Source: Rotaria socialis (Eukaryota). Taken from it: a stretch of DNA of 64,000 bases. A program made the translations under genes and the position numbers. Under the pieces are notes generated by a model. The model did no database searches, was not told the DNA's origin, and was given only the letters and a program-made list of their open reading frames with translations. The stretch spans positions 372,001-436,000 of the forward strand of contig CAJNYD010000012.1 of NCBI GenBank assembly GCA_905331295.1. Reading direction: 5' to 3'. Below, one piece after another: positions 38,476-52,224 of this stretch (its first letter is position 1; the number at the start of each line of letters is the position of its first letter).

Positions 38476-40261
38476 AAAAACAAACAAAATGAAATTCGGT
38501 TTCATTTGACAGTATGTGTGATATTTTTCTGTTTTTATTATTGTCTGTAAAAATACATAATACAAACAAAGCACTACACTTATTGTTCAATTGGCTTGTT
38601 GCATTCATTGCAAGGGATGTGTTGAAAAAAAGAAGAAATGAAACGAAATGAATAATCATGTTTAATTCAGTATCCCGGGGAGATGGAATATGTATATATA
38701 TATATTCTTTTTTGAAGACAATGAACCGTATTGTGTTATGCATGAAAGGTGCTTTCAGATGCCGATAGATTCTTTTGATGTTGTTTTTTCTTGTTTTTTG
38801 AACAAGATTAGGTGTCAGAATTAATTGTTATTTTAATCGTCAAGATAGATTTTCGCTTTGCATATTTATATTAAATTATATTAGAAAAAGAAATTTAAAA
38901 TGCTGATACAGTTGCACAGCTTCAATACAAATAATAACATTTCATTTATTTGTTCTTACTACTCAGCATATTCAAATTAAAGTTTATGATTGTGTCTCTA
39001 ATACAAAATTTTATAGAAAAAGCTTTAAAAAAATCAATTTATTATCCGTAAAATAATAGAAGATTTAATGTCAGAACGTACACGGTTACTTTTTATTGTG
39101 GCGAGCATTCTATTTTTAGGCTTTTATTATCATAGAAATTCTCTGTTATGTTTAAAATAAAATAAATTTTTTTCGTCTAAAATAGTAAATCTGTTCGTTT
39201 TCAAGATTTATTATTGCTATAAATGATAATCATAGTTATCATGAGGTGATTGTAATAATACGATTAAAAATAATCTCAATAGATAAGAAAAAAGTTAATA
39301 ATTTCAAATTTTGTAAAATCCGACTCGGTCTCTTTTAATTAAGTTTTATGCAGATAAATAATAGTAGACTTCTATTTAGAAGTTTAAGATTTTTCCGTTC
39401 TTCTTTCATATTCTATTTTGTTCTATTAGAATGTTTCACTAACAAAATCATATTGTCTACGCAGATGAATGCTTCTATAAATCTACTTTAACATGTCTGT
39501 GTCGATGAGCCCACATGCATATTTAACAATATGAAAAATGAATAGAAAGTAGAGTTTTGAAACCTTCCAATGCTTTAAAGAACGCATAATTCTGTGACGA
39601 CATTAATTACGTTTTTATTCAATAGTAAGAAAATTATGTAGTAATCTTGAAGAAAAAAAAAGATCTTGCATGATATTTCAACGCTTAAGAACACAAATTT
39701 TTGTATAGAGCTGTTTTTATATGAAAACTAAATCAAACATGAAAATGGTATGGGGTTTTTCAATTTGGATATGCTTTGATTGAGAAGATAAATGTTTGCT
39801 TCATTGGTTTTAATTCATTGAATCAATTGAATGAAATTGACAATAAGACCAAAAGAAATGCCGCTAATATATATTCTCAGCATGTGTTTGAAAAGAAAAT
39901 AAGCTTAAGTGAGGTTTTATAAAATTCTAAATTAATCTTACCTTTGTATTCATAGAGGAGAATTTCAAATTCATGAGCAAAAATATAATTTGATAGATGT
40001 ATTTTTTCAAATCAATATTTGAATATTGATGACTTCATTTAAATTATAGTTCCGAACAAAAACTAGTTACCCTTCATGAAATATAGTCATCCTATTTCAA
40101 AAATGTTCGTATCATAGTTTTTTTTAATTATTTATTCGAACGGTCAATATCATAGCTATCTCTAAGTCTGATTTTGTTAGAATTCACTTTGACATTAGTG
40201 AAAAATTGTTTAAACATTTTGAATGTTTAATGAAGATTTGGTCTTATTTTTGAGTAACAAA

Positions 40262-40730
40262 CGAGGGAACATATCCAACTGATAAATTATTTTGGAGATC
40301 GAACTTCATGCATGTGGTAGACCCCATTGAAATATGAAAAGCTCCAATAGGAAAACTACCCATAGGTCGTCTGTTCGTTTCGAATTATAGGGATTTTACT
40401 GGAATTTTAGCCTCTACCATAACCACGATATACATTAAAAAACCTGAATGATGATATTGCAATCTGAGATTTCGTCCATAGACAAGTCCAGTTATGAGTA
40501 GGATGTCCTGAAAATTTAAGCTCAAAAAAGATTTTCTTGTCGAGATGTTAAACTCCCAAAAAAAAAGAAATTTCTCGAATCCTTCGTGAAATATCAGCGA
40601 TTTTTGGGAGTTTAATATCTCGAGAAGAAAATATTTTTTGAGTTTAAATTTTTTTCATATTTCAATGGGGTCTACCACATGCATGAAGTTCGATCCCCAA
40701 AATAATTTATCAGCTGGAGGTTTGCCCTCG
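40262..40730. mobile_element. Tc1/mariner-type MITE with ~80-bp TIRs
   Basis: cgaggg...gatcgaacttcatgcatgtggtagaccccattgaaatatgaaaa is inverted at 40652-40730. Confidence 0.9.
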
Positions 40731-41181
40731 TCAAATGCAATTGATTGTGGTATTTCCATAAGTTTTAAATTCATTACATTCAAGGGAAAGAAGATAGAAT
40801 ATGTATTGTAATTCTAGTCTATGCTAGGGAATCGACTGAACGTGAGAATCATGTTTTGTGACCAAGATTTATTGACATCTTTTTTATACATCTAAACTAT
40901 TAGAACAATATAATCAGACATAGAGTTATGTTTTGGTTTGAATAGTTAGTTGTGTTCAAGTTTACGAAAAGAAAATGTTATTCAACATGGTACGTGAAGT
41001 TTATCACAAAATTTCTTTCGAGAAAAAGAAAAAAAATCCGAAGATAAATAAGTAATACTATATGTATATAAATATATGCATGCAATCGAAATCAAAATGA
41101 AACTTTGAATATGGAAACAAAACAAGATGTAAAAGTAAAAGTAAAATAAAATAACCAACGATTATTTATTTGTTTTTGCTT

Positions 41182-42485
41182 CTATGAATAATAGTCGTAT
41201 TCACGATGAATTGGTGATGATGGCGATGATGTTTCTAATTTTCGTTTTTTTGTTATTTGATCTGGAGTTGAAGGCAATTGATTTTCAATTGTTTGTATAT
41301 GAACTGATGTATCATTCGAAGATAGGCGAAGCATTAGTTCGTTATGAAAGCATTTTTGATTATTTATTAAAACATTAAGTTTTTCTTGTGTTATACCGAT
41401 TAATTGTTTTTTTGTACGTTCTAAATCCATTCGTAAAGTACATATTTCAATTTCTTTTGCTTTTTTATATTCTTGAAATTCTTCTTCAAGATGTTCATAT
41501 GGATCATTTAAATAATTACTATTCATTTCTTCATTTTCGTTGCCATCTCTATCACATTGCTTCGTATTCGATGTCTAATCAGTAAAAATTATAATATTTT
41601 TACAAAAAATTCTATCAATGAACAATTTGTTTTTACTATATGGCACGAATTTTTCTCGACTTTTTTACTACATGAAATTTTGATTGTATCAGTCGATGCT
41701 CTTGTAGTTCTATCATGTTCTTCATTTTTATTTGTGTGTCGTCGAGTGTGATTTGTACTTAATCGATGAGGATTTGAACGTATAAATGCATTATCCAGAT
41801 TATCTTTTTGTTCAGTTGGAACAAATTTAGTTACAACTATTTCTTTATCTCGAATGTAGTGTGGTCGAGCAAGTAAAATACGATCAACATCGTCGTAATC
41901 CTACGATTATTATTAGTGTTATCTTTTCTTTATTTAAATAAAATACGATGCAAAACTAACCTCAAAATCAATAAAACCATATTCAGTATCAACTTTTTTA
42001 ATAAAACCAAATTTTTGAAAATAACTTCGAACAAGTTGTTTATTGTACTTGTGTAAATTTTGTAAAATCAATCGATTAGTCACAATAAGCCGTTCCGGTA
42101 TGGATGATGTTGTACGTGGTAATGCACGTTTAACAAATACTTCTTCGCCTGAGATAATATGTGGTCGATTAGACATAAATTCAGAGGTACTACCAGTGAA
42201 TTGAAAAGTAACAAAAGCGAAACAATGATAGACCTTCAAAATGTTAAAAGAATAATAAAAAAAAGAATATGATCATTTCAAAAGATAGGAGTAAATTTAC
42301 ATTATTTTCTTTATCTCTATTAATAGAGAGTTCTGATAATGAACCATATGATTCGCAATATGTACGTAGTACATCATTTGATATATTACACAAATTTCCA
42401 ATAAATACCTGACGACTAAAATCGACAATGAAAGACATTAAATAATAGAGATATAATTATTATTTATTTTGACTTACTCGACCAT
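41182..42485 (-). CDS. Two-RRM hnRNP A/B-like RNA-binding protein with C-terminal coiled coil; 5 exons
   Basis: MVDRQVFIGNL...CFAFVTF...RPHIISGEEVFVKRA; YFQKFGFI...YGFIDFEDYDDVDRILLARPHYIRDKEIVVTK. Confidence 0.85.
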
Positions 42486-43596
42486 TGCTTTGTTTTATAT
42501 TAGCAGAAATGTTTTTTTTTAAGATAATTTATCTGAAATAGTAATATATAATTATCTTTGACTGTCGTTTCGGTTAATACCAAATATTCATGGTCAGTAG
42601 TATAATGATTTGAATTTTGATTTAGTTATGCTGCTTTGGTTAGAATTAGACTAGGAAAATGATAAAAGAATGAAAGAAACAGCGAAAAAAGACCTCGATA
42701 AACATCCATACAAGGCAAAGAAAAGAAAGGTATAGTTATGTACTTATGATCTACTAACTGATGAAAGGACGACGATTGTTTTTTACTGGTTATTTCTAAA
42801 TGCACTAACCGAATACTTGTTTTTAAAACCGGGCCAAGTATGAAGGTTTATATATATTTGGAAGCAGCTTAAAATGAGGAGCACGGTGTGATATATATTT
42901 TGCTGGCGCTCCATAGAAAATGAATAGGTGACACTAGTTGATTTGGTTTAATGATAGAGGGTTACTATGGAAATGATATGGAATCAGTGATATATGTAAG
43001 AATATCATTCTATTGTCCTATTTACTATTGTTGCTTACCCATTTAATTGCAACAGACCATTGTAACGATAAATATGGGACTCTATTTGGGTAGATATGTT
43101 AATGACAAACTGGATAGAGGTGGAGTAGCTTGCCGCCACTCTCGACAATGGTGTTTATTCGCTTCCCCACATATCCAGAGTGTAACAACTTCATACACTG
43201 TAATGTTTTTTAAATTCTATTTTGTAGAAAATCGACTTTAAATAAACTACAGCATTTTCAAACTTTTATGATTCATTCATTGAATCGCTACTATTTAGAA
43301 AATGCTTGATTTTCCAAACAATAGAAATTCAATTTAATTTACCGCATAAAATCCAAACTTGAATATCAATATTTTTGATTTTCAAGAAAGTAGAAATTCA
43401 TCACTAAATTCATATAGGCATTCCTAGAATATCCTGTGCGAATTCATATAGACATTCTATTTTTTTTACAGTGATACATAACATACGTATATATAGGAGA
43501 GAGACGGCAAAGATATATATTAGAACAATGGAAAGAGAATAGAAAGAGGAAGAAGAAGTATCATTCAAGCGTGTGATCAATATCGACACACCCATG

Positions 43597-43837
43597 CCCA
43601 AGAAAACGGTGCGTAACTGGTCGTAAACGGCGTAAAACGTTGAATTACGGCGCCGTTTTCCGTCATTTCGGAAAACGAAGAATATAGCATTAAAAACGAT
43701 GACTGTTTTTTAGCGAAAAAACGGTCCGTAAAATGAGCTGACAGATTACAGCGAAATAAGGTGAAAATTAATGCCTTATTATACCGTTTCAGGCATGAGA
43801 AGATGCTCGTTCCGACGATCGGAATGATTGCCCTGGG
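43597..43837. mobile_element. MITE-like element (CCCAAG...CCTGGG termini)
   Basis: GC-richer island with repeated cgtaaacgg-type motifs and termini like those of 26198-26503. Confidence 0.65.
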
Positions 43838-43867
43838 AGAGTCAATGAAACGAAGAATATCTATGAT

Positions 43868-44349
43868 CCCAGGTCGATCGCTCTGGTCAATGGATACTGT
43901 AGAAACACGCCGGAAAGATGTGGAAAAATCGCCGTATTCCAGAGGAAAACACGGAAAGTCACTGAAACGTGATAGCAGTATTCCGGTCGGAAAATTTTCG
44001 AAGTTTTTCGCGATGATTTACTGTCTGTTCCTGTCAGAAAGTACTTGAAGTTGACCGAAATCCACAGGAAAAAAATCCGGGAATTTCAGGCCGGAATACT
44101 GCTTCCATCTACCCAGTGGCGAATCCAGAAAATCTGTTAGGGGGTGGCGCTCCTGGCCAAAAAACAGTTTTTCAAGTCTAGTTGAGGCAGGGCGACTATT
44201 TTCTATTTCATTTCTGTTGGGGAATATCGAAAAATATTTCTTAAGGGGGTGGCGATCGCCGGGTAGCCTAGCTGGTAGATCTGCCACTGCATCTACCAAC
44301 GATTTTCCGTATTTTTTGATCGTTTCCCGCCGTACCGCCACGACCTGGG
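43868..44349. mobile_element. MITE (cccaggtcg...cgacctggg) carrying a nested insertion
   Basis: Perfect 9-bp terminal inverted repeat; internal similarity to the reverse strand of 26198-26503. Confidence 0.8.
44114..44289. mobile_element. hAT-type MITE nested in the 43868-44349 element
   Basis: TIRs cagtggcgaatc / gatctgccactg; perfect 8-bp TSD catctacc at 44106-44113 and 44290-44297. Confidence 0.9.
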
Positions 44350-46130
44350 TATGTCGGTGGTGAATGACACTAAGAGACTTTAAAAAGTAGAAGGCGCAGA
44401 ACGAAACTATTATAGAAAAATATTGTGAGCTACGCCTAATTTTTGTGTATAACTAGTTTTTTATTTTTCCCCAGATTTAAAAGTCAACTACACAAGTGCA
44501 TAAGTGAATTCATTTTAGAAATACTGTAATGATCATTCACATCAGTCAGTAAATCATTAGCATCTAATTTTAATCTTCTTGTATAGTAAAATAATAGATA
44601 GATCAAATATAAACGAAATAATTGGGAGTCCAACTTGTTAAACGCTAAGTGTTTATGAATCGATTGAAAAAAATTGATTATCTTTTAAAGAGAAAAATTT
44701 GATTATAAATTGATTGATTTGAGAGATCAAACAAAAAGACGATATTATTTATATCTTGATTTATTGCGACATCTAAAATTTTATAGAATTGTACTTGAAT
44801 GTTAGATAGGTTTGCTTGAACTATATTCAAGACATTTTTATCTATTTTTTTCCTACGTGTGTTTGTTTTAATGCAGTAAAGCAGCCTTGGTATATAAGAA
44901 AAAAAATCGGAAGTTTCTTATTGTAAACGAAAAACATCATGGTAATTTCTATTTCAAAAGCATAAATTATAAGACCTTTCGATTAGTTAATAAACAGTTC
45001 ATTGAATACGAACAGAAAGTTGACAAGCTAATTTCGCCGCACAGTTCGTTTTCTCAGATAATTTCATACTCGATTAGATCAAATTTCTTTATCATACTGC
45101 TTATTAGAAACTATCTGAATCTGAAGCAGTAAAAGCATTTCATAGGAGAGTATTGTGTGAAGTAGGAGAAAATTGATTCCCACAATAGTAAAATCAAAGA
45201 AAACTTCAACAATGGTTTCTAAAGCCAAAATAATAAGATTCCGACTGCCTTACTCTTTCTTAGATTGCCCCTACTGGTAATTGAATGGAAACGCAGTCAT
45301 AATCATAGTACAATTAATTGCATGACATATTCCAGTTGGCAATCATGAAGTTGATTAATAGATGACAATCATTTGATGTTTACATATTTGATGGGGGTCC
45401 AAAGAAAAGTTGTCTGCCATTTTTATTTTGACGATGCTGATGAATCATATATGAATAGTTATTTTTCTTGATAGAAAAATAACGTTTGTTAGGTTTTTGT
45501 TGCAGAAAATATTTTTGAAAAAGGCAGTACTAAAATTTTATGTAACTTTAATTTAATTTTGACAATAGAGACGCTAATGGTTGGTTTGGTTTTTTTAAAT
45601 TATTTTATGTAGTACAAAATCACAATTCAATCAATATAGAAAACATTTGCGCTTCTCTTGATTTATATTTCTTTAATTATTCTAATCGAATATCTTTGTA
45701 TAGAAAATAGCAAGCTTTATTTATTTATAGTTAAAATATTAAAAAAACTGTATCACTTTACTGTTTGAAAATGTACACTAATTAAACTATTATGCGAATA
45801 TATACTTTGAAAACTATTTTTTTTGTATCAGCTCTTCAAAGAATCGAAGTTTCTTCTAAAAAAAAGATGTACATATAACATAGATCACAGAAAAAGTAAA
45901 TAATAAATCATTGAACGAAAGATTATTTATGTTCTTTAAGCAAGAGTTAGTTTGTTGTTCAAAATAATTACTGAACAATGCAGATGTATAAAAAAAAATG
46001 TTTGTTGAAAAACTAGACGGATTCCAAATATATATTTATACATCGGTCTGCTAGAATTCATGAATATAATGTCTAACGTAATTTTTTTCTAAAAGAATAC
46101 TCTTGAATATGTTAAAAATATGTTCGTTTT

Positions 46131-46761
46131 GGTTTACAGGATTTACTGTCCATTGATTGTTTTTCTTAGAAAATTGTTTTTTCTCTACAAAAAGTATAAT
46201 TTTTGCTGCTGAGGATTTACTGTCCATTGATTGCCTCGAAGAATAGACATGAACAGAAAAATATTTATCGCAATCAACTATGTATGTTTAGAAGAAAAAA
46301 AAGAATTCAAACAAATATATGAGGAAATAACAAAGAGAATAAGGAATTGATTAATAAATAAACCAACAAAGATGAATGGATGTTCAACTTTTTGGTAGAT
46401 GCTGACAATATCTAAGTCCAGCAGCTTTTCAGAATGATGGAATATCGATAGTCGAGGTAGCAGAATTGTCGTTTACCATGAGTAGATTCAGTAAATATAG
46501 CAGACATTTTTAGGAAGAGTATGATAAGAAAATTATATTCTTTGCATTTATATGTATTTATTATAAATTTTTGTCATATTAATGACTATTTTACTCCCCA
46601 ATTTGATGAGCATCCGTCATTTTAAATTGAAAAAAAAAGTTATTCAATCAATGGACAGTAAATCCTCGTATAAAAATAGCGTTAATTGGAATAAAAATTT
46701 TCCAATCAATGGACAGTAAATCCGTGGACAGTAAATCCGCGGACAGTAAATCGTGTACACG
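46131..46761. mobile_element. Mutator-like non-autonomous element
   Basis: TIR/subterminal repeats ggatttactgtcca(ttgattg) and inverse tggacagtaaatcc; perfect 9-bp TSD gttcgtttt at 46122-46130 and 46762-46770. Confidence 0.9.
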
Positions 46762-48338
46762 GTTCGTTTTTATGTCGATAATCCAATCACTGTAATATAG
46801 TGAATGATAATTGATCTTTACCAAACATTGTTTTTTTCGTACTTTTTCTTTTGTTCTTTTTTCTATTCATTCTTTTGAATATCAGATCTCTTTCTATTTT
46901 AGTTAAGCCTGTCTTATGTGAAGTATACATCGAATTCAAATGATGAAGTAGAGTAGTTTACATCTAATTCAAAATTAGTGGTAGCCTGAATCATACAGTT
47001 CATCTTTATTTTGCCAAAGCATAATTTCTGTGATGAAGAAATTCATTAGAGATTCCATCAAAATATTGAATTTTAATATTCATTCAAGTCTCTGATTCAA
47101 TTTAAAGCTATATTTCTAAAGTATATTTTGCGTTGACTGACAAAAGAGTGAATTAAACTTCGAAATATTATATAGATTGAAATGAATGTTTTATTTACAA
47201 TATAATTAAAAGAATCTGCGAATGTAGTCAGTGTGTTGTCTAATTTCACGCGGAAGAAATAGTCTATATCATCGTCCTGAATACTTTTGAGGCTAGGCGA
47301 TAAGCTAAATAGATTGCATTCTCTTTATCATTGAGAAATCTATTTATTGGGATAGTAACTAGAAGCAACTTGATTATCAACCTAAAAATAAATGTATACT
47401 TAAGTATTCTGAATTACTAAGTTTTCTTTTATAATATTTTTTATATGCTAAAATGTAAGAATTTGCTAATTGACGATCATTTTAATTTTCCTATTTCGGA
47501 TTTCGATTCACTCATATTCTCTCGTCTTGTATAAACAAGTGTCTAACATGAAGATTCAATCGATGAAAGTGATTGAAAATATTATTAATACATTATCATT
47601 TAGTTGATCATTATCTTGAAGTACTTTATCAAAAATTAATTTTCATGTTTCGAATATTTATTAGGACCGTTGAATTGTGTGAATGACATTTTATTTAATG
47701 CATTAATAGTCTTCATATCACTGGGTAACGATTTCGAAGAACTTCATTGCAGGATAGTCAATGAATTCAAATACTGATATAATAAGCGTTAATTTACGCA
47801 TTCATAACAAAATCCTATCTAATGAACATGAATGAGAATCATTTTACTTTTATCTATTTCAATTTCAATTCTGATTTTTCATATAAAAGAACTAGTTTTA
47901 AAAGTTTTGAAAAAAGCTTGAAATATTTTCTCTAAAAATATTAGTTTGAACAGTAAGTAATGAGATTAGGGAATTTTAATGTAAACTACATTGTATCGAG
48001 TAGAACTATTACCATCTAGTGGTTTTCAAATAGTATGAATAGTAATGAAGTAATTTTTTTATACAATTACAGAATAACGTATTATGATAACATTTCTTAG
48101 GTAATCCGATTAAAGTTTTAAATCATTTTCTGTTCAATGAGTTGTAAAAACTGTATGATAGAAAAGATATTTTTTAAAAGTGCTATATTTAAAATTTTCT
48201 TTGCAAATACTACAGCTATTTTAAATAAAATTATGTAATACAATTACATATTTTGATAGCAACAAAGATCTTGATAATTATAAGCACATATTTTTCTATA
48301 CATATAAACAAAAATATTAGAACAAAACCCAACTTTGA

Positions 48339-48946
48339 TTATGGAGAGTAAATTGAACAATGTAGAGCAATAATTAATGCTAAAATAAATGGATGATCCT
48401 GTTTTTTATCATTATTTGAATCCATTATTTCAACTTGATAGATGTTGGCCATTGCAAAAATCTTCTTATTTGCAGTTGCTATTGTTTCACCATCTTTGGC
48501 CTTTAATATAAATGCTTGATCGAATATATTGAGACCTTTTAATTTATATTCACCATAAATTGAATAAATCTTATAACTATGCTTAAAAAAAGTAAATTTC
48601 TGTCTAATGGTTGCCACTTGTTGATTAAGTTCATTATCACCAGCTGATAAAATACTAATTTGATCAAGTAAATGAAATCCTTTTCGATGGATTTTCAAAA
48701 GAACACTAAAACATATAATATGATGTCTTAAAGCGTTTGACAATATTTATTTTTAACTTACGTGCCATTCATATCTTCAAATATGAGCTTTCTACCCAAT
48801 GCCAATTTTTTTGATCTGACATTATATTTGTCACGTCCTAGTTCATCTTTGATTTTAAAACTGTTACTTATTGTGAAAAACCTTTCTCGGATAATATAAC
48901 GGCAATTTTGTACTAATGCTTGTACATCCAATGAATCAGACGGCAT
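48339..48946 (-). CDS. LURP-one-related (LOR / Tubby C-terminal-like) protein; exons 48946-48762, 48705-48339
   Basis: RYIIRERFFTISNSFKIKDELGRDKYNVRSKKLALGRKLIFEDMNG...YKLKGLNIFDQAFIL...IATANKKIFAMANIYQVEI...DHPFILALIIAL is the typical LOR pattern. Confidence 0.85.
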
Positions 48947-50099
48947 TTTATCCAAGACAAATTCGAAGAGAACCACCAATAAGAGTAAAACAAGAAAGAA
49001 AAACTGACGCGTTGTGACGAAACGAGAAGTGCGTCACAAGACGAAAAAGGGAAAAGAAAAGAACGCAACACTCTAGTGTGAATAGTAGAATTTTCCACTG
49101 TTTTTCTCATTCACCGTTTCTTGTTTTTGTCTGGCACAACATAACTTATCAGAATATATTTTGTGTTTGTATAGATCTTAGGCACAGTCAACTAGTGGCA
49201 TCATGAACTTCTGTTGATAGTTTATTTTTAATTAATAGTATTGTTTATGTAATATGTTCGATTCAATGAGTATTTTGTTTATTCTGATTTACCTTGATCT
49301 AGTAGACATACAAGGATATATCAAAGCGTATCAAGTACTTTTGTTTTGTATTGTGAATAGTAAGCAGAAAAGAAAAGTTGAATATTTTTTTCGAATATTT
49401 ATATCGATATTAATGTTATTCAAATATTTTAACCAATAGAAAATAATATACGTTGGTCGTCTATTTTGAACTTATGGAAAGACAAATTTATTAATTCTGT
49501 GTAGATATATGCTGTAGATGTAGAATCTAATAGTTTTCTTTGATAAGGAAATATCTTCGTCTCAAAAGAGACAATAAATACGTAAATTATAATGAAAAAC
49601 AATTATCTTAATTCGTTGGATATTTGACGTGTATATTCTTTCCAGATGCTATACTGATCATAACATTTTTACATGAATAAGTTTTTCAGTTTCTCTTATG
49701 TATTTGTTCATAATTCAAATATGTGCTATCTTTTGGGTCAGTTCTATTTAAGTATTTATTTTAAATGAAAGAGCTGTGATTCATAAAGTAGGTTGAAATA
49801 TCTGTTTTGCTGAACTTACATATATGCCATTTTTTAAATGATGATTATAATGAAGATCAATTTTACATTATATGTTATTAATAAATAAAATTCATTTACG
49901 TATATTTGAAAATAAATCGAAACGAAAACGTATTAAAAGAATATTCTTATTCTAAATTTTCTATTAAATGCAGATATGCTATCACAGTCGTTGTTTTCTA
50001 TAGCAGCATTGTTTTAAAGGTAAAATAAAGTTTACATAGACATACATGTATTTATTGCGCTTAACAAATTCTCTCATTAGTAGGTAACAATATTATTTA

Positions 50100-52036
50100 C
50101 TAATACAAATGATATCTGTCAATAAGTGATACGTCATGATTATCTCGATAGAGATAACCTAGTAAATAATCAAGTTGTGTCTGTGATAAAATTATTAAAG
50201 GATGTCGAGTGATCTGCAGAAATTGTTCGTCAGAATAAGTATCATAAAATGTTGGTGTTGGTGGCAATGGTTGAGAATCAAAATAGTCTCTTAATTTGAA
50301 AAGAATTGGTGCAGGAGGAGGTGGAGGTGGTGGTAGAGAAAGAGCAGGAGCTATTACAGATATTTGAGAAGGTGTTGCTGAAACTGGTGGTGTTGGAGAA
50401 CATTCCATAAAGCTAAGTTCTTCTTCGGGTTCTGTTGTTGGTATTGGAAGTGGTACAGGCAATGGTATAGTAACAACAGGTTTTTTCGATGGGCGCTTCC
50501 ATAAATTAGCCATTTGTTCTGCATTTAAATAATCGTGATCAAGTATAATTGTTGAATAATCTAATTTTGGCTTATGTCTTTTAACTTGTGGTACAGTTAT
50601 AATCATATCACTTGATCCATCTTCCCATCCTTTTGGTGGAGCATGTTTACGTTTTTTTGTTAATAATAATAAATCTTCTTCTTTCTGTGTTACTGGTAAA
50701 GGCACATTAGCAGCAATTAATTCGGCATAAATTAATCTCGTATCATTTAATGTTGTGCAAAAACATGAACGTGATGTACTTGCTTGACGATTATTACGCA
50801 TTAAAAAATCACGTACAAACTCAGGACACATTACAATCGGACATTGTAATAATTTAGCATAGTGCTTTATTGTTGATAATGGAAGATTATTTAATAAAGT
50901 TTTTGACAAATCAACAAGACGTATATGTTCAATTTCGTTGATAAATAATGATGGTACAGTTGTATTATTTATAATAGACGATGATATAAGACGATTGTGA
51001 GTGAGAGATGAACGTTGCCGTGGAAGATCAAGATGAGATTCATCAAATGATGGCAAATGAAGATTAGATTCAATCAAACCAGCTTTTAAATTAGCTAGAA
51101 TATCATTGATATTTGGTGTAGGTCGTGGATCAAGATCAGCAACAAATGAATTTAGATCGTTATCAGTTGGTACTGGAGATGAATGTGTTGTTATAGGTAA
51201 AAGTTTCGACAGCATTGATATTTTAGCTGAATTGCTCATATCACCTATGGAACAAACAAATGGTCAATATATATCTTTAAAAAAATAAAAAAATTCTCTT
51301 TACCAGATTTATTATTATTATTATTATTATTATTGTTGTTGTTATTATTGTTATTATTATTATTATTATTATTAACAGATAAGCACACATCGAGTTCATC
51401 ATTCGATACTGATGAGAAATCATTAAATAAACGTTCATATTCATGTTGAGAATTGAATCGTCTATATGAAGGCAATCTTGGTGGAGATGATGATGATGAT
51501 GATGAAAGAATATCATACTCAGACGTGTCAAAACTATTAACTGCTTGATCGATAACTGCTGATGAATATCGTCGATCATATTGATATTGTTCAATATAAA
51601 GTTGATCATAACATTGCCAAAAAGCCAGAATATCTCGAAATGTTAAATGCTTCGGTTGTTGTGAATAAGATAAACTACAAGCAAATGATAAATAAATGAA
51701 TAAATAAATATTTATATTAAAATTTTATGTTTACGATTTGGTTTCATCATTTGAACGATTTGATGATGTTGGTTTGGGTGGTAGTCTTGGTACACTGTCA
51801 CAAATTTGACTAAGCATACTAAGATTATCTAATTCAACAAGTAATTCTCCTGCACTATCAGCCCATTCGTCAACTAATGTTGAAACACCACCTGATGTTG
51901 GACTTTGATTACCGAGAAATAAACTAGCCAATGTGTCTCGATCAAATAATGAATTAGGTGAGAATTTCATATTGTTATTATTTTGATGATGGCCATTGCC
52001 ATTTGGATCAGATCCATCGATGAGCAAAGAATCCAT
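50100..52036 (-). CDS. Uncharacterised ~600-aa protein with poly-Asn and Pro-rich tracts; exons ~52036-51735, 51674-51304, 51244-50100
   Basis: Three long ORFs join in frame across ~60-bp GT-AG introns; no recognisable domain. Confidence 0.75.
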
Positions 52037-52224
52037 CTTCAATACAAAAAAAAATACCAGTAATTAGCAGTTTGTATTTTCATTAATTCTCATCTTCTAA
52101 GAAACAGATAACATTATGCTTGAATAAACGTTTTTTTTTACAAAAACTACATCTCTGTATTTCTTTTTACATGGGAAAGAATAAAAAAATATTAAAACAT
52201 AAAAGTAGTAGACTCATAAATTAA

